This document shows positions 56,263 to 64,000 of a stretch of 64,000 nucleotides of DNA, one piece after another. The first letter of the stretch is position 1. Each line of letters opens with the position of its first letter. The position numbers and the translations under genes were made by a program. The stretch spans positions 186,001 to 250,000 of IMG/VR virus record IMGVR_UViG_3300044846_005229; one strand, 5' to 3'. The notes under the pieces are model-generated. The model was not told the origin of the DNA. It saw nothing but the letters and a program-made list of their open reading frames with translations, and did not search any database.

Positions 56263-56325
56263 GCTTTTTACCCAGATATTCCGGGCACACCGTCTCTTTT
56301 TGGCTGGCCCAGAGAAGACGGGCTA

Positions 56326-56406
56326 TGGGGGCAGGGGGACTCGAACCCCCACGGCCGAAGCCAGAAGTTTTTAAGACTTCCGTGTCTACCATTCCACCAT
56401 GCTCCC
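56326..56406 (-). tRNA. trnL: tRNA-Leu(UAA)
   Basis: GGGAGCA/TGCCCCC acceptor, GAAGT-CTTAAAA-ACTTC anticodon arm, GGC-TTCG-GCC variable arm, GGGGG-TTCGAGT-CCCCC T arm. Confidence 0.95.
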
Positions 56407-56763
56407 TTGTGTGCCCCATCATAGCACCCCTTGGGTAAAAGTCGGGGCCTTTGGGGTTAGTTCGTGGCTAAATCCGAAGATGAACTAAACCCAAAGCAAA
56501 CCCCTAGCCAATCAACCAATACTCAAGTAAGCCCTAGCCTCTACAATTTCCAAGCCATCCCCACCAAAGGTAAACGAAGTTTGGACTCCCCTGTGATTTG
56601 AAAATGGGCTAGAGATTGTCACCGTTAGGGAATTAGGGTTATCTAACTCCCCATAGGAAACTCTGCCCAGGGTCAACCAGTTAGATTGGAATCTATTGAT
56701 GATAGACTCTTTTGAAAGTCGTGGGTATTGGAATTGCATTTGTTTGCTAAGGCTGCCCCTAAA

Positions 56764-57207
56764 TCAGGCAGTGAGTACACATGGGGTAGATTTACCCAAC
56801 TTGCTGAAATTGGCTGTTGTCACTAGTTTTACTGATTGACTGCCGGACATCTTGGCATCCGATTGAGCACCAGCCAGCAATTTCATTTGCTTGAGGGTAG
56901 CCAGCATTTCGGTAGCTTCCTTGGCGCCATCACGGTTGGCGATAGCAAGTTTGGAATGGTTTTTGCGGGCAGAGCCATAATCACTCCCATATTGCGCCCA
57001 CCAAGCATCTTGCTGCTCGATGTCCCAATCATAGGAAAACACAGGCACATCAGAGACGGCGTGTTGGTTGGTGCGGATTTGATTTTTGCGGTTGCGTTGG
57101 CCCTGGCTGAGTTGGCTGTAGGCTTGTTTCCAGTCGGCAATGGCTTGAAGGTAGGTTTCCTTAGTAGTGAAGGCGGTGAAGGTGGTGAATGCGGCTAGAG
57201 TTGTCAT
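56764..57207 (-). CDS. hypothetical protein
   Basis: FTTKETYL...W...Y motif; AC-rich leader. Confidence 0.65.
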   Translation of the reverse strand: MTTLAAFTTFTAFTTKETYLQAIADWKQAYSQLSQGQRNRKNQIRTNQHAVSDVPVFSYDWDIEQQDAWWAQYGSDYGSARKNHSKLAIANRDGAKEATEMLATLKQMKLLAGAQSDAKMSGSQSVKLVTTANFSKLGKSTPCVLTA

Positions 57208-57302
57208 TGTTTTTGTTGTGTGTGTGTGTTTCGGTGTGGGCTATCGACCGAGTTAGTGTAAGATGGGCCCGTGGTCGGGGCAATACGGTAAACCGACCAG
57301 GT

Positions 57303-57857
57303 TCATTTAGGGTGGGTGTCTGCTGATCTAAAACCCACTTGAGTGGGCCTGCTGTTCGGACCCTTGAACGGCACATTAACTCTGTGATCCACTATCGTTA
57401 CCGGTGAATCTAAACTCAAAGTGTTACCCCCCAGATTAATTCTTTTCACTTGGACATACTCTGCAACTTTTTGCAGATCTTCAAGTACCGCGCCACCGTT
57501 GGCCACGACCATGTCAGCAACTGCCATCAGGCTCCGGTACTGCTTATCGTCAAACTTTAAGCCGTTGGCTTCTTTGAGAATACACAGAATAACTTTTTCT
57601 GGCCTTTTATTACTATCATCTACTACCTCAGCAATAGAGTAAAACCCTTTTATTTCAGGCGTAATGACATAGAGGCAAAAATCGCAATTTTTTCTTTGCT
57701 CAATTTCCTCAAGCCGTGCCCTGTCTGTCCATTCTTCGACTACGGGGTTAAAATATCCCAGCAGCCGCTGCTCCAGTAGGATTATAAGTTCTTCGCGCCA
57801 AGTGGATCCATTACAAGTGCCCCCAAGGAACACTTTTGTTTGATTGTCTGAAGTCAT
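57303..57857 (-). CDS. nucleoside 2-deoxyribosyltransferase-like (Nuc_deoxyri_tr2) protein
   Basis: KVFLGGTCN.S.WR..LI...YFNPVV..W...E......CD..LYVITP...G.YSIAE. Confidence 0.8.
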   Translation of the reverse strand: MTSDNQTKVFLGGTCNGSTWREELIILLEQRLLGYFNPVVEEWTDRARLEEIEQRKNCDFCLYVITPEIKGFYSIAEVVDDSNKRPEKVILCILKEANGLKFDDKQYRSLMAVADMVVANGGAVLEDLQKVAEYVQVKRINLGGNTLSLDSPVTIVDHRVNVPFKGPNSRPTQVGFRSADTHPK

Positions 57858-57966
57858 TTTGCTGGTGTTTGTATGTTGGTGAACTTGCTGTTAAAGCTGT
57901 GTTTGTTACGAGCCTATTGTAGCTTAAAGGGGGAGCTGAGTCAAGGGGGAGGCCAAACCCCGACCA

Positions 57967-59199
57967 TCACTCAATCCAATGGGGGACCACTCGGCTTGTG
58001 TCAAGGACAATCGGCCGGTCATGATCCCTAATGATGATGCCTGCGGGTTCATTACCGACAACCCAAGACCCGATGACTGCCCGATTGTCGCCGTCCTGGA
58101 AAAGATCGGCTTTTTTCTGGTAGATGCGGGGTCCATCATACATGCCAGTAGTTCTAGAGGTTACCACACCTGACTCAACAATGTCAATGTTGGCCCCTTC
58201 CCGGCTCAGCATAGGCTTTACCACGTAGGATGTGGGATTTAGTTTTCCGGATGAAAACGCCTCTAATTGTTCTGGTGTTCCATGCTCCCGGAGATTCAGC
58301 CAATCCCAATCATCCACCGGGATGCCACCCTCAGTGAAACTGGCTGGAAGGATGTTAGGGTGGTCTGGAAACATCTCATGGAGAATAGGCAAGATGCCCT
58401 TATTGCTCAGGATTGATTTCCAGATTGGCTCTACAATTCCAGAGGAACCTTTAATAGTGTGTAATCCAAACTCATCTCCCATCATCCATTCCCATGGGTA
58501 TAGCTTGAACCAATACTTAATCGGATTCTCTTGGATGTCAGTGAAGTTTTCTCCATTCCAGCCAATGTCCCCCAAATCAATAAAATCTGTAGTTAACCCA
58601 GCCTGAGTAGCTAAATCTTGGAAGTAAACCAGGGTCTGATACTCCTCTAGGCTTTCAGAATAACCTGCAAATACAAACTTGTGGCCGAACGGTACCCTTT
58701 GCCTGATTTCCTTGAATTGGTCAATAAGTTTTTCATGCAAAGAGTTGAATTGGTCTTTTCCGGGCTTAACATCCTGCAACCAGAACCATTGCATTAGCGC
58801 CGATTCAATAACCATTGTAGGAGTGTCTGCATTGTATTCCAACATCTTAGGTTGGCTGTCCCCCGTATATGCAAAGTCAAACCTGCCATATAAAGATGGG
58901 TCGCATTGCTTCCAGGATTTGGAAATCGCGGAGTGGTATGCTGAGGGAATTCCGATTTTTGCCATTAACTCTGAATCACCCACAACCTTGTCCACAGCAT
59001 CGAGGCACCGGAGTTGGCATTCCCGTGTGGCATCTTCAAGTTCGTCAATTTCAGCCATAGAAAACTCATAGGCCACAGATTCATCCCAATAGGTTCCCTC
59101 CCCATCTTTTGATGAGGTACCCGATGTGTGGTAGGTGAACCCAATCTCTTCAGCTTTTTCTTGCCAATTAACGCGAGGTTGTAGGGTGTGACGTTTCAT
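57967..59199 (-). CDS. glutathionylspermidine synthase family ATP-grasp ligase (YgiC/YjfC-like)
   Basis: YW.E...Y.F, SLYGRFDF, KMLEYNADTPT, KLYPWEW, EP.WK..LSNK..L..L...FP.HPN.LP, SREGAN, GSW. Confidence 0.92.
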   Translation of the reverse strand: MKRHTLQPRVNWQEKAEEIGFTYHTSGTSSKDGEGTYWDESVAYEFSMAEIDELEDATRECQLRCLDAVDKVVGDSELMAKIGIPSAYHSAISKSWKQCDPSLYGRFDFAYTGDSQPKMLEYNADTPTMVIESALMQWFWLQDVKPGKDQFNSLHEKLIDQFKEIRQRVPFGHKFVFAGYSESLEEYQTLVYFQDLATQAGLTTDFIDLGDIGWNGENFTDIQENPIKYWFKLYPWEWMMGDEFGLHTIKGSSGIVEPIWKSILSNKGILPILHEMFPDHPNILPASFTEGGIPVDDWDWLNLREHGTPEQLEAFSSGKLNPTSYVVKPMLSREGANIDIVESGVVTSRTTGMYDGPRIYQKKADLFQDGDNRAVIGSWVVGNEPAGIIIRDHDRPIVLDTSRVVPHWIE

Positions 59200-59283
59200 T
59201 TTGCTGTTTGGGTTGGCGGGTTGGTGCCCGGTATGATAATTTGGGAGTCTACCCAGCCACTATAGCACAGCTTAACCCTGCAA

Positions 59284-60048
59284 TCAACTCCCACTGCCAA
59301 ACCCTCGACCGCCCCCACCGAATCCGCTCCGGGCAGATGCTGACCGAGACGACGTAAACGATGAGCGTCCATAACCTCCCACAGAGCCCCTAATCGATGC
59401 ACTACGGGCAGATGGCACATAGTTGCTGCTTAAGGCCAAAGATCGCCCACTAGATGGGTTGGCGCGAATGTAGGAGGTTCGCATTCCTTCCGTCAGGGAA
59501 TTGGATCTGATTCCGGAGAACCCATACGAGTAATAATAAGGAGTCGGATACCAACCGCCAAGAACAACAACTGAGGTTCGATCATAATCGTCGTCCTGAT
59601 TATCAAAGACCGATGGCCCCGCAACTACGGCTCGCTCCTTAAGCTCATCAGCAGTAAGGGGCCGCTCGTTGATATAGCCTTCTTCATCTTCGTATTCTGC
59701 TGTTTTTTGATCGTAGCCTTGGAGATATACAGGGCGACTATTCGCCATGAAACCAACCATTTTAGGCAACCAAACTGTGGCACCGTCTAAAGTTACTTCG
59801 GAACATTCCTGATGACCTGCCGTCTTGCAATTAGCAGTGCTGGGGTAGCGAGGTGCCTTGAGCAGGTGGCTAAATGCTGCCCGATCATAATGCTGCTTGC
59901 AATCTTTGGTTCCAAACTTTTCACATTCTTCTATAGTTGAAAAAATCTTCTGACCTTCCAAGCTGGGTTGGGGTTTGGAGCAAGCTGTCAATGTGATGGC
60001 CGTCATGGATGCAATGAGGACCAAAGAGATGGATTGTGTGTGTTTCAT
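59284..60048 (-). CDS. lipoprotein, DUF1190/YgiB-like
   Basis: Lipobox LTAC, F.T.E.C...C, APRY...C...C, W.P.M.GF, Gly/Ser/Arg tail ending RSGFGGGGRGFGS. Confidence 0.75.
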   Translation of the reverse strand: MKHTQSISLVLIASMTAITLTACSKPQPSLEGQKIFSTIEECEKFGTKDCKQHYDRAAFSHLLKAPRYPSTANCKTAGHQECSEVTLDGATVWLPKMVGFMANSRPVYLQGYDQKTAEYEDEEGYINERPLTADELKERAVVAGPSVFDNQDDDYDRTSVVVLGGWYPTPYYYSYGFSGIRSNSLTEGMRTSYIRANPSSGRSLALSSNYVPSARSASIRGSVGGYGRSSFTSSRSASARSGFGGGGRGFGSGS

Positions 60049-60473
60049 TGGTGGTGTTTGGACTTTGTATGTATGGTAAGGCCTATAGGGGGTTTAGAAA
60101 CCCATTGAAGTTAGGCGCTAAACCAGCAAGTACCACCATGGCGAAACTCAGCTTGAATCTGCTTGTAGGTGCAGCGTTTATTGTCCGCAGGACTAACCCT
60201 TGACAACCCTTCAGGAAGCTCCGTATACTCGGAGAGAAGTTTGACTTCAATGTCTTTGGTACTAATGTCAGGAATCATCTTGGTTTTAATGTCAGGAATT
60301 GCTTTTTGGACAAGCTTTTTTTAAAGCCATGATGGCGGAAAGGGTGTTTCGAACTTCAGTCGGGGTTCTGCACCACCCTAAAGCATTGGAAACTTGTTTG
60401 CGGCTGGAGCATAACTCTTCGGCCCAAAATCTAAACAGTTCGGCATCTTTGTCATCGTTGGGGGCATCCATAT

Positions 60474-60794
60474 TTAGTCTTTGTGTCCTGAATCTGCATT
60501 CCGCTCAAAACCCGAAGCAATAGATCTGATATAACTTTGAGTCTTCTCAGTCACACCAAAATTACAGATGTTTGGAGGGGCACCTGCCGCCCAGCGTGCA
60601 ATCAGTTCGTCTTCCAATTCCGGGGTGTGGCGTGAGCGGGTACGCAAGTACCAAACATCATGAGCACAATTCACGGAAACACCAAGTTCGGTTGCTAGGT
60701 CTCTCATGTATTGCTCCAACTCCTCGTAGTATTCGTTGAGAATGTCCTCGTCAAATACGGTGGAAGCTTCGTTGGAGATTTGCTCAGGTGTCAT
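60474..60794 (-). CDS. hypothetical protein
   Basis: YLRTRSR...LE..LI motif. Confidence 0.65.
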   Translation of the reverse strand: MTPEQISNEASTVFDEDILNEYYEELEQYMRDLATELGVSVNCAHDVWYLRTRSRHTPELEDELIARWAAGAPPNICNFGVTEKTQSYIRSIASGFERNADSGHKD

Positions 60795-61618
60795 TTTGCG
60801 GTTGGGTGATGATTGGTTAGCTGAAGGTATCGTATTGGTTTTGGCCTAAAGGGTCAAGGTTCGGGAACCCCGCCTTCAACATTGTTTGGCGTACTTTCCT
60901 TCGGTATGAACTTTGGTTTTGATTCCAGAATAGACGGGCATATAGATTTGTCCACCGATGAAACCCAATCTAAAATAGTTCCTAACTAGAAAATTTTCAA
61001 AGTTTGTTTCTGTTAGGGACGTAACTTGGTGCATTGTTTCCAAGGTGCTGCATTGGGTTTGAAGCCGTGTGTTTTGGCACCGGAGTTCCTGGTTAAGGTC
61101 GTCCCAATTCAAAAGATAAGGTTTCGTGTGCTTCATGACTGATTGCCACGGGAGATTCTCGCAAGGATTGCCTTACCGATTTATTGCCAAATAGTTAAGG
61201 GTTTCGGTGGCTAGGGTACCCATTGGTTTTGGGCTTTGCAGTTCCAGTCAAAATTTTGATAAGGGGGGAGGTTAACTTCTATGCAATAGGCCCCGCAAAG
61301 GTTGCAAAACCTCCATTTATCTTGTAATTCTCGGGAGCTAAAGTCACCAGGGGTGCTGTGGCCGCATGTAGAGCAGTTTTTGATTGGGAGTTCGCTCATT
61401 GTTCTTAGTGTGGGGAATCGAATGCGGGACTTTGATTGGCCCTGATGGTCTGTGGCGGGGTAAATTCTTAGCGCCTTAACTTAGCTACTATAGGTTGTTT
61501 TCTCCGGGGTTACCAGGGCGGTTATCCCTACTAAAAGGGACGGTAATTACACCATCGGAAGGGGGGAGCACCCTGCCGCATGGGGGACGAACCCTGTGCA
61601 TCATCACCGATAAGGCAA

Positions 61619-62077
61619 TCAAAGCCCTAGAAGTTTACGATCTTCGGGGTCGAGTTTTGAAAGGGCAGCTTGTCGTTTACGGTGGTTTTCTTCTACTTCA
61701 AGACGAGAGCGTCTAATGTACTCAATCACTGAGAAGGCATTATCGATTTCGTATACTAAATTACAGTAGTCAGAGTAAGAGTAGCTATCTTGATACAACG
61801 CAAGATTAAGGCTGTTACCTGAGAGGCTGAAGTTTGAATTATGGATGGTAAGTTTGAATATATTGGGTTCCGGTTGTTTTAGGGTATAATCAATGACCTC
61901 TTTATCTAGTTCTGAGAGCAAATTAAGGATAATACCAGGAAAAGCATGGAAGTAGGAATCCATTTCCTTCTTTTGAATCTGAGCAGCGGCGGCCTTTAAT
62001 TCAGCTTCTTTTTCCAGACGTTGCTGCTTGCGGAGAGCTTTTTCTTCGTCGGATAGTGGTTGCTTGGGGCTTGGCAT
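61619..62077 (-). CDS. hypothetical protein with C-terminal ALSKLDPEDRKLLGL motif
   Basis: First ORF after repeat copy B. Confidence 0.7.
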   Translation of the reverse strand: MPSPKQPLSDEEKALRKQQRLEKEAELKAAAAQIQKKEMDSYFHAFPGIILNLLSELDKEVIDYTLKQPEPNIFKLTIHNSNFSLSGNSLNLALYQDSYSYSDYCNLVYEIDNAFSVIEYIRRSRLEVEENHRKRQAALSKLDPEDRKLLGL

Positions 62078-62113
62078 AGTCTGCTTAGGGTTTGGGGTCG
62101 GGGGTGTTGGTGC

Positions 62114-62198
62114 TATTATAGGTCGTTTACTTTCGGGTGTGGGTGCGGATTCCCGTACAAAAAGGTTCGGTAATTACACCATCGGGAGCCGAAGTCAA
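62114..62198 (-). repeat. 85-bp dispersed intergenic repeat, copy B
   Basis: TTGACTTCGGCTCCCGATGG...GTACGGGAATCC...GACCTATAATA. Confidence 0.9.
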
Positions 62199-62548
62199 AA
62201 CCCTGGTAGGCCACATTCCTTAAGCCAACCATCATACCAAATCTGAGCCGAACCACGGATCACTTCGTCAACCATGTCCGTCAGGATCCACTCTTGGCTT
62301 GAATGAAATGGTGCGCTTCTTAGATGCACATACCGGTGACCTGCCCAGTAGTCTAGAAACGTCCGGTCTTCGTTCGGGAAGATATCAAAAAGTAGCTGAC
62401 TCATGAGCGGACGCTTATCGATGCCTCGACTCATTTTGTCAAGCGTAACTTTGACGGCCGCTAGTTGGTCTTTGGTAAGGGTGTTTTTCGGGATTGCATC
62501 AAGGTTGACTTTTCCGGTAGGGGTCGTTGCTAGTGGATGATAAGGCAT
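62195..62548 (-). CDS. hypothetical protein bracketed by repeat copies B and C
   Basis: Its stop codon overlaps the TTGA of copy B. Confidence 0.7.
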   Translation of the reverse strand: MPYHPLATTPTGKVNLDAIPKNTLTKDQLAAVKVTLDKMSRGIDKRPLMSQLLFDIFPNEDRTFLDYWAGHRYVHLRSAPFHSSQEWILTDMVDEVIRGSAQIWYDGWLKECGLPGF

Positions 62549-62579
62549 TGGCTCGGGGGTATGACGGGAGTGTTGGTAC

Positions 62580-62664
62580 TATTATAGGTCGTTTACTTTC
62601 GGGTGTGGGTGTGGATTCCCGTACTTTTAGGTTCGGTAATTACGCCATCGGGAGCCGAAGTCAA
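62580..62664 (-). repeat. 85-bp dispersed intergenic repeat, copy C
   Basis: Near-identical to copies A and B. Confidence 0.9.
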
Positions 62665-63029
62665 CGAATCCCAAGTGCGTCCCTTTGCTCAGGAGTCAAC
62701 GCTTCCTTTGCTACCCTCCTTGCTTCCGCCTTAACTTTTTCCGCTTCCTTTTGTTTTCGGTGGCTTTCACGCCGCTTCTCATATTCCTCGTCGGTCTCCT
62801 CTCTAATTTTGTAATACTTAGTTTCACACATTGCGTACTCATGGCCGTAGTCGTTATCGATCCACTTTTCGCTATCTATGTGGGTGAAACCCTCGTTTAA
62901 GATATCTTGAAGATACGCAATAACTGCTGAAATTTCCCTACTGAAAACATCAGTGGCATTATCCGTGTATTGCTCTTTTTTAGACTGCATTTTGTAGTCA
63001 GTTACAGTTAGCCTTTTGAGTTTTGCCAT
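62661..63029 (-). CDS. hypothetical protein (tandem paralog of 63081-63440)
   Basis: L..EGFT..D...EETDEEYE.R...LTPEQRDALGI. Confidence 0.72.
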   Translation of the reverse strand: MAKLKRLTVTDYKMQSKKEQYTDNATDVFSREISAVIAYLQDILNEGFTHIDSEKWIDNDYGHEYAMCETKYYKIREETDEEYEKRRESHRKQKEAEKVKAEARRVAKEALTPEQRDALGIR

Positions 63030-63080
63030 TTTGCCTTTGTTTTTGTTTTCAAAAGAACTTTAAAGGAATGCCATAACAGA

Positions 63081-63440
63081 TTATTGACTAATACCCAAAG
63101 CCTCTCTTTGCTCCTGAGATAGTCCCGCAATAGTCACCCTCCGTCTTTCCGCTTTTTCTTCCCTTTCTAATTCAACTTTCAGTCGTGCCTGATACTCTGC
63201 GTCAGTTTCCTCTCTTTCTTTGAAATAGGAAAGATAAGCTGTACCGAGTCCATCCCATCCAGAGATGTCTACGTCTAAGGTCGTAAAACCTTCATCTATG
63301 AGAGACTCGATATAGTCCGCAAGTTCCCTTAGGTTTCTAGGGAGGTACCTCAAGTCATCTTCAAGTTTTTCTTGTCTGTGGATGTTGTGGGTGAATAACC
63401 CTAACTTGTATTCTTTAATTAGTTTCTTTGTTTTTTCCAT
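63081..63440 (-). CDS. hypothetical protein (tandem paralog of 62661-63029)
   Basis: L..EGFT..D...EETDAEYQAR...LSQEQREALGI. Confidence 0.72.
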   Translation of the reverse strand: MEKTKKLIKEYKLGLFTHNIHRQEKLEDDLRYLPRNLRELADYIESLIDEGFTTLDVDISGWDGLGTAYLSYFKEREETDAEYQARLKVELEREEKAERRRVTIAGLSQEQREALGISQ

Positions 63441-63658
63441 TTTGGTTTAGTGATTTGTTGTGTAGGGAGCCTATCCCTTTGTGTCCCAACCAGTGTAAAG
63501 CACCCTGTACATGACTTAATGGGAACCTAGTGGCATGCAACTTTAAGCAACCAAATGGAATGGACGATGCCAAACACAAATGCCACGCCAATTAGTCCAC
63601 TGACCCAACCAACTCTGCGCCCATGTTCGTGAATTTTGGTGTCCGCTGGGGTTGGCAA

Positions 63659-63982
63659 TTAGCATCTCATGATGGGACCATTTTGTGGGGGCCTTTGAGC
63701 AGGGTTTGTTGGCGGGACAGGCACTGAAGACCCTGAGTGAATCTCATTCAAGGCACCCTGAGCCTCAGGACCCCCAAAGCTCGGGTCAATCTCATGGTAG
63801 AAAACCATGTTGAGGTGGTTGCGGATAACTTGGATTTGGTCCGGAGTAAGAGATTCAGGGTTCCCAAGTTCAAAGAGCCCTTGTAGCCAATAGCAAAAGT
63901 TGCGGGATGTCATTTTGGTTGCGGGAAGGTTAATGGTTGGTGTAGCAGTTGAGACCAAGGGATTTAGGGTCATCAAGTTCAA
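63659..63982 (-). CDS. conserved phage hypothetical protein (start probably MTSRNFCYWLQG)
   Basis: FCYWLQG.FEL...Q...I..HL..VF motif. Confidence 0.65.
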   Translation of the reverse strand: MNLMTLNPLVSTATPTINLPATKMTSRNFCYWLQGLFELGNPESLTPDQIQVIRNHLNMVFYHEIDPSFGGPEAQGALNEIHSGSSVPVPPTNPAQRPPQNGPIMRC

Positions 63983-64000
63983 AGAGTCTTTGAAGCCAGT

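Noticed and set aside
55895-56438. ORFs 55895-56113 (-) and 56256-56438 (+)
   Set aside because: Both overlap well-formed tRNA-Leu genes
12519-62664. CRISPR array (26-nt tandem repeat; 85-bp repeats)
   Set aside because: No regular repeat-spacer alternation and no cas genes
2706-63000. Plus-strand ORFs and overlapping alternative-frame minus ORFs in the track (e.g. 8659-9063, 10913-11416, 40850-41749, 57979-59071)
   Set aside because: They lie antisense to or within clearly real minus-strand genes, lack leaders or promoters and show no recognisable motifs; treated as shadow ORFs
1-64000. Bacterial chromosome or integrated island instead of phage
   Set aside because: Single-strand packing of mostly small unknown ORFs, scattered isolated housekeeping-like genes (tsf without rpsB/pyrH) and phage-type RNA ligases argue for a large phage; no integrase seen

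Overview
This window looks like a 64-kb accessory (early/middle) region of a large lytic phage, most likely infecting a picocyanobacterium (Synechococcus/Cyanobium type). Essentially all credible genes are on the minus strand, are tightly packed and mostly small, and follow repeated sigma70-like promoters with A/C-rich leaders that lack an obvious Shine-Dalgarno. No capsid, terminase, polymerase or rRNA genes are visible. Host evidence: a cyanobacterial-type short EF-Ts, an SLH-porin-like protein, a TIGR03792-like protein, and a two-piece (permuted) tmRNA whose tag begins ANKIV. Recognisable content is dominated by counter-defence and translation/RNA repair: 4 tRNAs (one an odd UAU tRNA with a long variable arm), tmRNA, EF-Ts, a Pth2-like protein, two RNA ligases, a RlaP-like nucleotidyltransferase, a metallophosphoesterase, macrodomain and NADAR proteins, a PRS-like + NAMPT-like pair (NARP1-like NAD+ reconstitution), DUF932 and Lar-like proteins. 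There is also an envelope cluster (SLH barrel, pilin mimic, RlpA, lysozyme). Top candidate for an undescribed system: a DUF2828 (TROVE/Ro60-like + vWA) gene directly followed by a ~510-nt non-coding cluster. That cluster holds five CAGCAA-marked RNA modules, two of them grafted in permuted form into tRNA scaffolds, which suggests a Ro60/Y-RNA-like ribonucleoprotein. All family assignments come from my own motif recognition; no database searches were run. Several homopolymer-associated frameshifts suggest sequencing indels.
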